A model generated the notes under the pieces. That model worked only from the letters and a program-made list of their open reading frames with translations, did not search any database and was not told where the DNA came from. From an uncultured bacterium (GTDB lineage Bacteria > DYJV01): 64,000 bases of DNA. This document shows positions 1 through 10,830 of this stretch, one piece after another. Numbering within the stretch: position 1 is the first letter of the stretch; every line of letters starts with the position of its first letter. The stretch is taken from assembly GCA_964543655.1 (NCBI GenBank), contig CAZIZE010000099.1, positions 3,906-67,905 on the forward strand, read 5' to 3'. A program made the translations under genes and the position numbers.

Positions 1-238
1 AATACTCTTTGTTGTAACTTTGTGGGCAATACTTATTTTAAACTCTGCATATACCAATTTATCATATAAACACAATATTGAATTTAAAAAATTTATTGTT
101 TTAAACAATGAAATTAAGATGTTAAAAATAGAAGAAAAACAATTATCTTCCCCTGAAAGAATAATAAATTATGCCAAAAAGAATCTTGGGTTAAGGTTGC
201 CAAAACTTTACGAGGTTTATCATATTGAAAAGTATTAA
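1..238 (+). CDS. ftsL: Cell division protein FtsL (5'-truncated by window edge)
   Basis: The reading frame is open from nt 2 and encodes a hydrophobic TM stretch (ILFVVTLWAILIL) followed by a short coiled region, typical of FtsL. It sits immediately upstream of ftsI and overlaps it by 14 nt. The listed ORF starts at a TTG at position 20, but the frame continues to the window edge. Confidence 0.55.
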   Translation, partial: ILFVVTLWAILILNSAYTNLSYKHNIEFKKFIVLNNEIKMLKIEEKQLSSPERIINYAKKNLGLRLPKLYEVYHIEKY

Positions 239-2120
239 AAATAAGGAAAAGGTAAGGGTTTATATTATAACAGTAGGTATTATTCTTTTTGGGATTGGAG
301 TTCTTTTGCGGGCAGCTTATATGCAGGTTTTAAATTCAAACTATTCACAATTTTTAAAAAAAAGATATGAGCATCAAATTTTAAAAACTTTGGTTATAGA
401 TGGTGAGCGTGGCAAAATTTTTGACAGAAATAATGATGTGCTTGCAGTTAGCAATAAAACTGATTCAATTTATTTAGAGCAAAAAAAATTTGATAAAAGC
501 AAAATAAAAGTTTTATGCCAGCTCCTTGACATTTCTGAAAATGGTTTAAAACAAAAAATGTTAAAAGATGATAACTTTGTTTGGGTAAAAAGAAAGGTTC
601 CTAAAAATATAGCATCAAAAATTAAGAAACTACATATATCTGGAGTTGGATTTTTAGAGGAATATAGAAGATTTTATCCATACAATGAGATTGCATCAAA
701 TTTAATAGGTTTTTGCAATATAGACAATAAAGGAGCAGCTGGTATTGAATACAGATATGATAGAGACTTAAAAGGGAAAAAAGTTAAAATCCCAATATAT
801 GTTGATGCCAGAAATAGACCAACATCTGTTATTTTTAAAAAAGATTATGATAGTGCAAAGGGGAATTCAGTAAAATTAACAATAGATATAGGGATTCAGA
901 GTATACTGGAGAATGAAATAAAGCTTTGGGTAAAAAATTTTGATGCAAAAAGAGCAGCAGCTATTATTATGTCACCAGTTTCAGGGAAAATAGTGGCAAT
1001 GGCGTCTTATCCCAACTTTAATCCAAATTTTTACTACAGGTATCCAGCAAAGAATTATAAAAATCTTGCAATTAGTTTAAACTATGAGCCAGGTTCAACT
1101 GTAAAGCCTCTAATTATCTCATGGGCATTAAATAAAAGAATGATAGACCTCAATTGGGAATACGATATTTTTAATGGCTATTATAGGTTTAAAAGATTGA
1201 TAGATATTCATGACCATGATTTGCGAGGAGTTTTGAATATAAGAGAAATTTTAATTCATTCAAGTAATATTGGAATGGTTCAGATTGCAGATTATCTGGG
1301 TAAAAAAACAATTTATGAAATTTTCAAAGATTATGGCTTTGGTGATTATACTGGAATAGGGCTTCCTGGTGAAGAAAAAGGAATTTTAAAACCATTAAAC
1401 AGATTTTCAGCTGTAACTCATGCTACGATGGCATTTGGCCAGGGGGTTGCAGTAACTCCTATTCAGCTTATTACAGCTTATGCATCTTTGATAAATGGCG
1501 GATTCCTGCTTAAACCTTATGTTGTTGAGGAAGTTTTATCACCTGAGGGGAAAGTTATTTTTGAAAATAAGAGAGTGGTAAAAAGAAGGGTGATTTCAGA
1601 AAGAGTTTCAGATACAATAAAAAAAATTTTAGTTGATGTTGTTAATAAGGGTACTGGTAGAAAAACAAGGATAAAATATATTAAAATAGGTGGCAAAACT
1701 GGTACAGCTCAGATAGCAAATCCAAATGGAAAGGGTTATTTAAAAGGTAGTTATATATCTTCATTTATAGGGTTTTTCCCAGAGAAAAATCCAAAATGTT
1801 TGATGCTTTTAATAATAGAAAAGCCAAAGCATAAGTATTATGCCAGTGAGGTTGTTTGCCCAATATTTAAGAAGATATCAGAAGAGATTATACCTCTATT
1901 TGGAATTAGATCAATTGAAAAATTTGTTCAGCAAAAAGAAAAAAGGAAAAATTTAAAAAGATTAAAAGCTCAAAACAGTTTTAAAGGTTTATCAAAGCTT
2001 GAGGTTCTTAAAGTTTTAGAGAAAAAAGGAGTAAAAAATTTTCAGTTTATAGGTAATGGATTTGTTAAAGAGGTTAAAAAAAATAAGAAAAAAATAATTT
2101 TTTATTTTGGAGCTGCTTAG
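225..2120 (+). CDS. ftsI: Peptidoglycan D,D-transpeptidase FtsI / PBP3-type class B PBP with C-terminal PASTA-like tail
   Basis: It has an N-terminal TM anchor and the class-B PBP motifs SxxK (GSTVKP), SxN (HSSN) and KTG (GGKTGTA). It lies in the dcw cluster between ftsL and murE. The C-terminal ~60 aa (KGLSKLEVLKVLEKKGVKNFQFIGNGFVKEV...KIIFYF) resemble a PASTA repeat. Confidence 0.9.
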   Translation: MKSIKNKEKVRVYIITVGIILFGIGVLLRAAYMQVLNSNYSQFLKKRYEHQILKTLVIDGERGKIFDRNNDVLAVSNKTDSIYLEQKKFDKSKIKVLCQLLDISENGLKQKMLKDDNFVWVKRKVPKNIASKIKKLHISGVGFLEEYRRFYPYNEIASNLIGFCNIDNKGAAGIEYRYDRDLKGKKVKIPIYVDARNRPTSVIFKKDYDSAKGNSVKLTIDIGIQSILENEIKLWVKNFDAKRAAAIIMSPVSGKIVAMASYPNFNPNFYYRYPAKNYKNLAISLNYEPGSTVKPLIISWALNKRMIDLNWEYDIFNGYYRFKRLIDIHDHDLRGVLNIREILIHSSNIGMVQIADYLGKKTIYEIFKDYGFGDYTGIGLPGEEKGILKPLNRFSAVTHATMAFGQGVAVTPIQLITAYASLINGGFLLKPYVVEEVLSPEGKVIFENKRVVKRRVISERVSDTIKKILVDVVNKGTGRKTRIKYIKIGGKTGTAQIANPNGKGYLKGSYISSFIGFFPEKNPKCLMLLIIEKPKHKYYASEVVCPIFKKISEEIIPLFGIRSIEKFVQQKEKRKNLKRLKAQNSFKGLSKLEVLKVLEKKGVKNFQFIGNGFVKEVKKNKKKIIFYFGAA

Positions 2121-3613
2121 TGAAATTAGAGTTACTTATAGAAAATATGGAATATGAAATTTTATTTGGCAGAACTGATGTTGAAATTACTGGTATAAGC
2201 TGTGACTCAAGGAATTGTAGAGAAGGAAATATTTTTGTGGCTATTAAAGGCTTTGAATCTGATGGCCACAAATTTATTGGAAATGCAGTTGAAAATGGTG
2301 CAATTTGTGTAATTTATGAAGCAGGTGTTGGAATTGATGTTAGTGGTTTTTCTAATATAACATTTATTAAAGTTTTAGATACAAGAAAAGTATATAGTTT
2401 TCTTTGTAATAAATTTTATAATTTCCCATCAAAAAGTTTGAAACTTATAGGTATAACCGGCACAAATGGTAAAACAACAATCTCTTATATTCTTGAAAGA
2501 ATTATTCCAAAATCAGGTGTAATAGGTACAATTAATTGTAGATACAAAAACAATGTTAAAATTCTTGAAAATACCACACCAATGTCATGTGATATTAATA
2601 AATTTATGCAACAAGTAGTTAAAGATGGATGTGAAAATATGATAATAGAAGCATCATCACATGGTATTGATCTTAAAAGACTTGATTATCTTGATTTTAA
2701 TGGAGGGATTTTTACTAATTTATCACCTGAGCACCTTGATTATCATAGAGATCTGGAAAATTACTATTTGGCTAAAAATAGATTTTTTACTGAGCTTTTA
2801 CCAAATAGTGAAAAAAAAGGAAAATTTGCTGTTGTAAATATAGATGATGAATTTGGAAACAGACTTATTGATGAAATACCTGAAGATATTAAAATTTTTA
2901 CCTATTCTTTAAAAAATAAAAGAGCAGATATTTTTGCTGAAAACTATAAACTTGGTTTAGGTGGAACAGAGATTGTTATAAATTTATTTAAAAATATTTT
3001 CAAAATAGAAACCAATTTAATAGGTGAGCATAATATTTACAATGCTCTTGCATCAATTCTTACTGCGTATGTTTTGAATATAAATATAGAGAGAATTATA
3101 TATGCTTTTAAAAATAGTATTGTTATTCCAGGACGACTTGAAAAACCAATAAAAGATAGGAATGTTTTTGTTGATTATGCACATACTCCAGATGCTCTTG
3201 AAAAGATACTTGCAAATCTAAACAAGCTAAAAAATAAAAAGAGTAGAATTATAACTGTTTTTGGATGTGGTGGTGATAGGGATAAATCAAAACGAGCAGT
3301 AATGGGATACAGTGCTGCTAAATTCAGTGATTTTCTTGTAATAACATCAGATAATCCAAGAACAGAGGAGCCTTTGTCAATAATTGATGATATTCTTGCA
3401 GGAGTAAATAAAGCAATTGAAGAAAAGATTATAGATAGCAAAAGCTATAGGGTTATTCCAGATAGAAAGGATGCTATTAAAATGTGCCTCAAACTTGCCA
3501 AAAAAGATGACATTGTCTTAATTGCTGGTAAGGGACATGAAGATTATCAGATAATTGGAAAGGAGAAGAGGCATTTTAGTGATATAGAAGAAGTAAAAGA
3601 ATTTTTCAGATAG
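2120..3613 (+). CDS. murE: UDP-N-acetylmuramoyl-L-alanyl-D-glutamate--2,6-diaminopimelate ligase
   Basis: It carries the Mur ligase P-loop GITGTNGKTT. A DNPR motif (SDNPRTEEP) indicates meso-DAP specificity. The GTG start overlaps the ftsI stop. Confidence 0.92.
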   Translation: MKLELLIENMEYEILFGRTDVEITGISCDSRNCREGNIFVAIKGFESDGHKFIGNAVENGAICVIYEAGVGIDVSGFSNITFIKVLDTRKVYSFLCNKFYNFPSKSLKLIGITGTNGKTTISYILERIIPKSGVIGTINCRYKNNVKILENTTPMSCDINKFMQQVVKDGCENMIIEASSHGIDLKRLDYLDFNGGIFTNLSPEHLDYHRDLENYYLAKNRFFTELLPNSEKKGKFAVVNIDDEFGNRLIDEIPEDIKIFTYSLKNKRADIFAENYKLGLGGTEIVINLFKNIFKIETNLIGEHNIYNALASILTAYVLNINIERIIYAFKNSIVIPGRLEKPIKDRNVFVDYAHTPDALEKILANLNKLKNKKSRIITVFGCGGDRDKSKRAVMGYSAAKFSDFLVITSDNPRTEEPLSIIDDILAGVNKAIEEKIIDSKSYRVIPDRKDAIKMCLKLAKKDDIVLIAGKGHEDYQIIGKEKRHFSDIEEVKEFFR

Positions 3614-4957
3614 GTGGAAATGTTTAGAGTAAAAGAGATTGCAAAAATTTTAAACTCAGAGTTAGTTAAATGCAATAAAGATACTTATATTTCTGGAATT
3701 TCAACAGACACAAGAAAAGATGTTAAAGGCAAACTTTTTATTCCCTTAAAAGGGAGCAATTTTAATGGACATGATTTTGTTGAGCTATCAATTAAGAATG
3801 GTGCAAGTGCGGTGCTTGTTTCTGAAGATAGAAATTGGAGCCAGAATCTCCCAATTATAAAAACAGATGATACATTAAAAGCTCTTGGAAAAATAGCAAA
3901 ATATTACGCTGAAAAAAACAATTTTAAAATAATAGCAATTACAGGCTCTGCTGGTAAAACAACAACAAAAAATATTTTAAAACATATTACCAAATTTTAT
4001 GGCACAGAAAAAAATTTTAACAATTTAATTGGAGTGCCATTGACAATTTTAAATGCAAAAGAAGAAGAGGAGTTTATTATAGTAGAATTGGGAATTAATA
4101 TAGTAGGTGAAATGGCTCAGTTAAATGATATAACAACACCTGAGTATGCAATTATAACAAATATTGGTTATGGTCATTTAGAAGGTTTTGGAAGCGTGCT
4201 TAAAGTTTTTGAAGAAAAGAGCTTAATAATTAGAAACAATAGTGATTTAATAAAAGGGTTTGTGCATGAGAATATTGATATAAAAGGAGAGAAAATATTT
4301 ACTTTTGGCGAGTCAGAGAACACTGATTGTAGATTAATTGAATCAATTTCAGATTGCTACAGAAATAGAGTTAGATTTTCCTACAAAGAAAAGATTTATA
4401 ATATTGAATCAAAATTATTAGGTAAATTTAATGCTTTAAACATAGTAACTGCTTTTTTGGTTGCAAGAGAGCTTGGTTTTGATGATGAGTATATTCTCCA
4501 GAGATTGGAAACCTTTACTCCCTCTGACAAAAGAAGTGAAATGATAAGGTCAAATAAAGGTTTTTTTCTGTTTAATGATTGTTATAATGCTAATTTTGAT
4601 TCTTTTAAAGAGGCAATAAATTTTATTGATAAATTAAATGTTAAAGGTAAAAAAATAGCAATTATAGGTGATATGTATGAGCTTGGTCAGTTATCAGAAG
4701 AGCTTCACTCAAAATTAGGTGAGATTATCTCTAATACAAATATTGACTATGTGCTTGGCACAGGTGAATTTGTTAAAGCCACTTTGGGAAACATCAATAA
4801 AAAAGATAAAGTAGTAAAATATTTCAAAAATAAAGAAGATATTATAGATTACATTAATTCAAATATAGGAGAAGAAGATATTATTTTATTAAAAGCTTCA
4901 AGAGCAATGAAGTTTGAAGAGATAGCCAGAGGTATTTTAAATTATTCGAGAGGTTAA
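3614..4957 (+). CDS. murF: UDP-N-acetylmuramoyl-tripeptide--D-alanyl-D-alanine ligase
   Basis: It has the Mur ligase P-loop ITGSAGKTTTK and the expected MurF length. It sits between murE and mraY. Confidence 0.9.
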   Translation: MEMFRVKEIAKILNSELVKCNKDTYISGISTDTRKDVKGKLFIPLKGSNFNGHDFVELSIKNGASAVLVSEDRNWSQNLPIIKTDDTLKALGKIAKYYAEKNNFKIIAITGSAGKTTTKNILKHITKFYGTEKNFNNLIGVPLTILNAKEEEEFIIVELGINIVGEMAQLNDITTPEYAIITNIGYGHLEGFGSVLKVFEEKSLIIRNNSDLIKGFVHENIDIKGEKIFTFGESENTDCRLIESISDCYRNRVRFSYKEKIYNIESKLLGKFNALNIVTAFLVARELGFDDEYILQRLETFTPSDKRSEMIRSNKGFFLFNDCYNANFDSFKEAINFIDKLNVKGKKIAIIGDMYELGQLSEELHSKLGEIISNTNIDYVLGTGEFVKATLGNINKKDKVVKYFKNKEDIIDYINSNIGEEDIILLKASRAMKFEEIARGILNYSRG

Positions 4958-4960
4958 TGT

Positions 4961-6037
4961 ATGCTGTACCACATTTTTTATTCTTTACATAATTATTTTT
5001 CAGGATTCAATGTTTTTAGATATATTACTTTTAGAACAATTTATGCAACAATAACAGCACTTTTAATATGCTTTATATTTGGTGAGGCAATTATAAATAA
5101 ATTAAAAATGTTAAAGGTTGGACAATATATCAGGGAAGAGGGCCCAAAGTGGCATGAAAACAAAGAGGGCACCCCAACAATGGGTGGAATTTTAATAATT
5201 TTTGCGACTGTTGTGCCTGCGTTATTATGGATGGATTATAATAATAAATTTTTATGGATAGTTATTTTTACAACTTTGTCATTTGGATTTGTTGGTTTTA
5301 TTGATGATTATAAAAAATTAGTAAAAAAAGAGAACAAAGGTCTGGGAGCAAAGAGTAAATTTATGCTTCAGATAATTTTTGCTTTTATTATTTCAATTGC
5401 AATTTATAAATTCACCCATGTTGATACTGTGCTGAAAGTACCTTTTTTTAAAAATTTTTCCTTTGACCTTGGTATATTTTACATTCCATTTGCAATGCTT
5501 GTTATCATTGGTAGTTCAAATGCTGTTAATCTTACTGATGGTCTTGATGGCCTTGCTATTGGACCAACAATTATAGCATCTGCTACATTTATGATTTTAG
5601 CATATTGTAGTGGAAACTATAAAATAGCTCAATATTTACATATTCCATTTATTAAAGGTGTTGGTGAATTTACCATTTATGCTGGTGCTATGCTCGGAGC
5701 AGGTATTGGATTTCTCTGGTTTAATACCTATCCTGCACAGGTTTTTATGGGAGATGTTGGCTCTCTATCACTTGGTGCCACCCTTGGTGTTGCAGCGCTT
5801 ATTACAAAGAATGAGCTTCTTCTGATTATAATTGGTGGTGTTTTTGTAATGGAAACATTGTCAGTAATTATACAGGTGCTTTCGTATAAAACTACTGGGA
5901 AAAGAGTGTTTAAAATGGCACCTATTCATCATCATTTTGAATTAAAAGGCTGGAAAGAGCCTAAAATAATAGTTAGATTCTGGATTATTTCATTTTTATT
6001 ATCACTTGTTGCAATTAGTACTTTAAAATTAAGATAG
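4961..6037 (+). CDS. mraY: Phospho-N-acetylmuramoyl-pentapeptide transferase
   Basis: It is a polytopic membrane protein with conserved MraY segments (GTPTMGG, NAVNLTDGLDGLA, HHHFE). Its position in the dcw cluster is canonical. Confidence 0.93.
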   Translation: MLYHIFYSLHNYFSGFNVFRYITFRTIYATITALLICFIFGEAIINKLKMLKVGQYIREEGPKWHENKEGTPTMGGILIIFATVVPALLWMDYNNKFLWIVIFTTLSFGFVGFIDDYKKLVKKENKGLGAKSKFMLQIIFAFIISIAIYKFTHVDTVLKVPFFKNFSFDLGIFYIPFAMLVIIGSSNAVNLTDGLDGLAIGPTIIASATFMILAYCSGNYKIAQYLHIPFIKGVGEFTIYAGAMLGAGIGFLWFNTYPAQVFMGDVGSLSLGATLGVAALITKNELLLIIIGGVFVMETLSVIIQVLSYKTTGKRVFKMAPIHHHFELKGWKEPKIIVRFWIISFLLSLVAISTLKLR

Positions 6038-6045
6038 GCAGAATA

Positions 6046-7314
6046 ATGATTGATATCAAAGGTAAAAATATTTTAGTTGTTGGAGCTGGAAGCACAGGTG
6101 TTTCAGTAGCAGAATTTTTACTGGAACGAAATGCTAATGTTATTTTAAATGATAAAAAAAGCATTAGTGTAAATTTGGAGCATAGTAATTTGACATTGGT
6201 TGAAAATGCTCATCCAGAAGAAGTTTTTAAAAATGCTGATTTAATAATTTTAAGTCCTGGGATTAATAGGAAAAACCTTCCAATTCCTGAAGGGAAAAAA
6301 GTAATAGGTGATATTGAGCTTTTTTATCATTTTAATGAAAGTAAAATTATTGCTATTACAGGCACAAATGGAAAAACTACCACAACTACTTTAGTAGGAA
6401 TGATTTTAAACAGGAAATATAAAACATTTGTTGGTGGTAATATTGGTACTCCATGTATGAATTTTTTCAAAAGAGGTGAGAGTTTTGAATATTCTGTGCT
6501 TGAATTAAGTAGTTTTCAGCTTGAGACAATAGAAGATTTTACTGCTGATGTAGCAGCAATACTAAATATTACACCAGATCACCTTGATAGATATGACAAT
6601 TTTAATGAGTATGTTTCTGCTAAAATGAGATTGTTTGAAAATCAGAAAAGGGGACAAATTTTCATAGCAAATAAAAATATAGAGAAATTTATTCAAAATA
6701 GAGGAGTAATATACTTTGATTCTCAAAAATTTCTGAAAAAGGGTAATATTTTAGTAGAGTTTGAAAATAAAAGTGTGAAATTGAGAGTAGAGAAAATATT
6801 GCTCAAAGGTAAACATTTTTATGAAGATATTTATGTTGCTGCTTTAATTGGATTAATTTGCAATATTGAAGGTGATGTAATTGAAGAAATTATTTACAAT
6901 TTTAAAGGACTTGAGCACAGGTTGGAGTTTGTAGTGGAAAGAGATGGAGTCAAATATTACAATGATTCCAAAAGCACCACAGTTACTTCAACCTGTAGTG
7001 CAATAGAAAGTTTTGATGAGCAGGTTATCTTAATTTTAGGTGGAGTTCAAAAAGGTGAAAGTTTTAAGAAAATTGCAAATTACAATAATGTGAAGAAAGT
7101 AATCTGTTTTGGTGAGGCTAAAAATAAAATTTCTAATGAACTGAAAACCATTTCTCCAATTTTAGTGAATACTCTTGAAGATGCGGTTAATGAAGCTAAA
7201 AAATTGTCTGAAAAAAGTAATGTGATTCTATTTTCTCCTGCTTGTGCAAGTTTTGATATGTTTGAAAATTATAAAGAGAGAGGAAAAAGGTTTAAAGAGA
7301 TTGTAAATGACTGA
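6046..7314 (+). CDS. murD: UDP-N-acetylmuramoylalanine--D-glutamate ligase
   Basis: It has an N-terminal Rossmann-like fold (GAGSTG) and the Mur ligase P-loop ITGTNGKTTTT. It sits between mraY and ftsW. Confidence 0.9.
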   Translation: MIDIKGKNILVVGAGSTGVSVAEFLLERNANVILNDKKSISVNLEHSNLTLVENAHPEEVFKNADLIILSPGINRKNLPIPEGKKVIGDIELFYHFNESKIIAITGTNGKTTTTTLVGMILNRKYKTFVGGNIGTPCMNFFKRGESFEYSVLELSSFQLETIEDFTADVAAILNITPDHLDRYDNFNEYVSAKMRLFENQKRGQIFIANKNIEKFIQNRGVIYFDSQKFLKKGNILVEFENKSVKLRVEKILLKGKHFYEDIYVAALIGLICNIEGDVIEEIIYNFKGLEHRLEFVVERDGVKYYNDSKSTTVTSTCSAIESFDEQVILILGGVQKGESFKKIANYNNVKKVICFGEAKNKISNELKTISPILVNTLEDAVNEAKKLSEKSNVILFSPACASFDMFENYKERGKRFKEIVND

Positions 7315-8410
7315 AACTGCAAATAAATATTACAAACAGCTTTTTGGGCTAACAATTGTTTTACTTGGTATTGGTTTGGCAATGGTTTATAGTGCAAGCT
7401 ATTCAACAAGTGCAGAAAAGTATGGATATTCATATTTTTTCTTTCTGAGGCAGATAGTTTATGCTGGTGCTGGAATTTTTATAATGTATGTTGTTAGTCT
7501 TGTTGATTATAGAATATTTAAGAAATTAGCCTATCTGCTTTTGATTTTAAGTTTCTTTATGTTAATTTTAACATTTGTTCCTGGTATAGGCAGGAAAATA
7601 AATGGAGCTAACAGATGGATTGGTCTTGGACCAATTAATATTCAACCTTCTGAAATGGCAAAAGTTTTTCTAATTATTTTTGTTGCTTATCTACTTGAAA
7701 AAAAGGAGAGTAAACTTGAGAGCTTCTCTTTTGGGTTTTTACCGTGCGTTTTAATTCCAGGTTTTGTAATGCTGGTAGTTCTTTTGCAAAGAGATTTAGG
7801 GTGTTTTGCTATAATGGGTTGTATGATTTTCATAATGATGTTTCTTGGTGGGGTGAAAATCAAGCATCTACTCTTACCAGTTATACTTTTTGGAGCATCT
7901 GTTGGAATTTTAATAATAAAGTTCCCATATAGATTAAACAGGATTCTTGCATATTTACATCCATTTAAATATTACCACGGAAGTGGTTATCAATCTTCTC
8001 AGTCATTAATAAGCTTTGGAGCAGGAGGAATTATTGGAAGAGGCATAGGCAATTCAATGGCAAAACATCATTATTTACCTGAAGCATTTACAGATTATAT
8101 TTTTTCCATACTTGCAGAGGAGCTTGGTTTTGTTGGAGTTTTTGTGGTGGTTGTACTATTTTTGCTATTTTTCATTACAGGAATAAGGCTTTCATTAAAA
8201 GTAAAAGATAAATTTGGCAGATTACTCGGGCTTGGATTGACAATTTTAATAACCGTTCAGGCTTTTATAAATATGGCTGTATGCACAAATCTTTTGCCAC
8301 CAAAAGGTCTTGTTTTACCATTTTTCAGTTATGGTGGCAGCTCACTTATTGTAAACTTATTTGCAGTTGGTATTTTATTAAGCATAGCAAGGGATCTTGA
8401 AAATGTATAA
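7307..8410 (+). CDS. ftsW: SEDS-family peptidoglycan glycosyltransferase FtsW
   Basis: It is a ~10-TM FtsW/RodA-family protein. Its position between murD and murG argues for FtsW rather than RodA. Confidence 0.88.
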   Translation: MTETANKYYKQLFGLTIVLLGIGLAMVYSASYSTSAEKYGYSYFFFLRQIVYAGAGIFIMYVVSLVDYRIFKKLAYLLLILSFFMLILTFVPGIGRKINGANRWIGLGPINIQPSEMAKVFLIIFVAYLLEKKESKLESFSFGFLPCVLIPGFVMLVVLLQRDLGCFAIMGCMIFIMMFLGGVKIKHLLLPVILFGASVGILIIKFPYRLNRILAYLHPFKYYHGSGYQSSQSLISFGAGGIIGRGIGNSMAKHHYLPEAFTDYIFSILAEELGFVGVFVVVVLFLLFFITGIRLSLKVKDKFGRLLGLGLTILITVQAFINMAVCTNLLPPKGLVLPFFSYGGSSLIVNLFAVGILLSIARDLENV

Positions 8411-9449
8411 TGTTTTAATTGCTACAGGTGGTACAGGTGGACATATTTATCCTGCAATTGCTATTGGTAATTTTTTAAAGAAGCATAATATAAATGTGAT
8501 TTTTTCAGGTAGAAGAGATAGTATGGAAGAAAGAATAGTAAATTTACACGGGTTTACATTTGAATTTATTGAAAGTGAAAAGTTTAAAGGAGTTCCCTTT
8601 TTTGCAAAAGTAAAAGTTTTGTTTAAATTAGTAAAACATATTTTGGATGCAATTTCAATTTTAAGAAAATATAAAATCAATTATCTTTTAGGGACAGGTG
8701 GTTATATGTCTTTTCCAATGGTGTTTGCTGCATTTATTCTCAAAATTAGATCAGGAATCTGTGAACAGAATGCTTATATGGGATTTGGTAATAGAGTTTT
8801 AAGTCTTTTTGTTAATGATATTTTCCTTTCATTTGAAAATACAATGAAAGTTCCTTTTAAATATAAGGCGATAGTTAGTGGAAACTTTATTAGGAGCGAG
8901 TTTGAAAATGTGAAAACAGGTAAGCGAGGTATTCTTATTTTTGGTGGCAGCCAGGGTGCAAAAAAGATTAATGAAATATTTGTTTCAATATTAGATAAAC
9001 TTGAAGGTATTAAAGGATTGAAAATCTATCATATTACAGGGGAGAAGAATTTTAAAGAAGTTGAAAATGCATATAAGGAGAAAGGAAAAAGGTTAAATTA
9101 CAGGATTTTCCCTTATTATGAAAATATCTGGGAATTATTTTCAGAAGTGGAGTTAATTATTTCACGAGCAGGTGCCACATCAATTGCTGAGATTTATTAT
9201 ACCAACAAAAAGGCGATTTTAATACCTTACCCTTATGCTGCTGATAATCATCAGTGGTATAATGGTGTGGAGTTTGCAAAATCAGGTAAAGGTGTGGTTC
9301 TGGTTGAAAAAAAATTAACAGAAGAGAAACTTATTAAATGGATTAAATTTTTTATGGATAATGAATCAAGATTTAATAAAAATTACAAAGTGCTTGGTGA
9401 TTATAAAACAGGTTTAAATAAAATATTGAAAAGAGTGGAAAATGTATAA
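8397..9449 (+). CDS. murG: UDP-N-acetylglucosamine--N-acetylmuramyl-(pentapeptide) pyrophosphoryl-undecaprenol N-acetylglucosamine transferase
   Basis: It has the N-terminal [10 protein letters not shown] motif of the GT28 family and the expected dcw position. Confidence 0.9.
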   Translation: MKMYNVLIATGGTGGHIYPAIAIGNFLKKHNINVIFSGRRDSMEERIVNLHGFTFEFIESEKFKGVPFFAKVKVLFKLVKHILDAISILRKYKINYLLGTGGYMSFPMVFAAFILKIRSGICEQNAYMGFGNRVLSLFVNDIFLSFENTMKVPFKYKAIVSGNFIRSEFENVKTGKRGILIFGGSQGAKKINEIFVSILDKLEGIKGLKIYHITGEKNFKEVENAYKEKGKRLNYRIFPYYENIWELFSEVELIISRAGATSIAEIYYTNKKAILIPYPYAADNHQWYNGVEFAKSGKGVVLVEKKLTEEKLIKWIKFFMDNESRFNKNYKVLGDYKTGLNKILKRVENV

Positions 9450-10830
9450 GAAAGATAAAATTATTCATTTTGTTGGTATTGGTGGAATAGGAATGAGTGG
9501 AATAGCGGAGGTGCTTTTTAATCTGGGTTATAAAGTTCAGGGGTCTGACATTAGAAAGAGCAGTGTTACAAGCAGGCTTGAATCTCTTGGAATCAAAGTG
9601 TTTATAGGGCATAATGAGATAAATATTAAAGATGCTCATATTGTAATAGTTTCGTCTGCTATTAATGAAAAGAATCCAGAGGTTAAAGCTGCAATAAATA
9701 AAGGAATTCCTGTTATTAAAAGAGCAGAAATGCTTTCAGAATTAATGAGAATGAAATATGGTATTGCAATAGCAGGAACCCATGGAAAAACCACAACAAC
9801 CTCAATGGTTGGTACAATTCTTAACAAAGCAGGCTTTGATCCCACAATAGTTATTGGTGGAAAACTTGATAGCCTTGGAAGTAATGCAAAGCTTGGTAAA
9901 GGAGAGTTTTTAGTTGCAGAAGCTGATGAGAGTGATGGCTCATTTTTGCTACTTAATCCAACAATTGCTGTTGTTACTAATATTGATCCAGAGCATCTTG
10001 ATTATTACACAGGTGGAATAGAGCAGATAAAAAAGACTTTTGTGCATTTCCTCAATAAAGTGCCATTTTATGGTCTTGCTGTTTTATGCCTTGATCATGA
10101 AAATATTCAAGATATTATACCTGAAATAAAGAAGAGATTTTTAACTTATGGATTTGTATCTCAAGCAAATGTTAGAGCAGGAAATATCAGTTTTAAAAAT
10201 ACAGAATCTAAATTTACTGTTTATATTCAGAATGAAGAGATGGGAGAGATAAAGATAAATATGCCTGGAATTCATAATATTTACAATGCACTTGCAGCAA
10301 TTACAGTTGCATGGGAGCTTGATATTCCATTTGAAACAATTAAAAGTTCTCTTGATAATTTTGCAGGGGTTAATAGAAGATTTTACATTAAAGGAGAAGT
10401 TGGAAATAATATAGTAGTTGATGATTATGCTCATCATCCTACTGAAATTAAAGCCACTCTTGAAGCAGCTAAAAAAGGTTTTAATAAAAGGATTGTTGTT
10501 ATTTTTCAGCCTCACAGATATTCACGTACAAAAGAGTTAATGGACCAATTTGCAACTGCATTTTACAATGCTGATAAGCTTATAATAACAGATATTTATG
10601 CAGCTTCAGAGGAACCAATTGAGGGTATAAACTCAAAAGTTCTTTTTGAAAAATTTAAAGAATATGGTCACAGAGATATTCATTATATTCAAAATTTTGA
10701 AGATATTGCTGAATATGTTTCAAATATTGTTGACAATGACCTGATTATTACTGTTGGAGCAGGAGATATATGGAAAGCTGGTGAAATGATTTTAGAAAAG
10801 CTGAGAGCAAATGAAAGTAGAGAGAAATAA
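9442..10830 (+). CDS. murC: UDP-N-acetylmuramate--L-alanine ligase
   Basis: The N-terminus ([15 protein letters not shown]) and the P-loop ([11 protein letters not shown]) match MurC. Confidence 0.92.
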   Translation: MYKKDKIIHFVGIGGIGMSGIAEVLFNLGYKVQGSDIRKSSVTSRLESLGIKVFIGHNEINIKDAHIVIVSSAINEKNPEVKAAINKGIPVIKRAEMLSELMRMKYGIAIAGTHGKTTTTSMVGTILNKAGFDPTIVIGGKLDSLGSNAKLGKGEFLVAEADESDGSFLLLNPTIAVVTNIDPEHLDYYTGGIEQIKKTFVHFLNKVPFYGLAVLCLDHENIQDIIPEIKKRFLTYGFVSQANVRAGNISFKNTESKFTVYIQNEEMGEIKINMPGIHNIYNALAAITVAWELDIPFETIKSSLDNFAGVNRRFYIKGEVGNNIVVDDYAHHPTEIKATLEAAKKGFNKRIVVIFQPHRYSRTKELMDQFATAFYNADKLIITDIYAASEEPIEGINSKVLFEKFKEYGHRDIHYIQNFEDIAEYVSNIVDNDLIITVGAGDIWKAGEMILEKLRANESREK

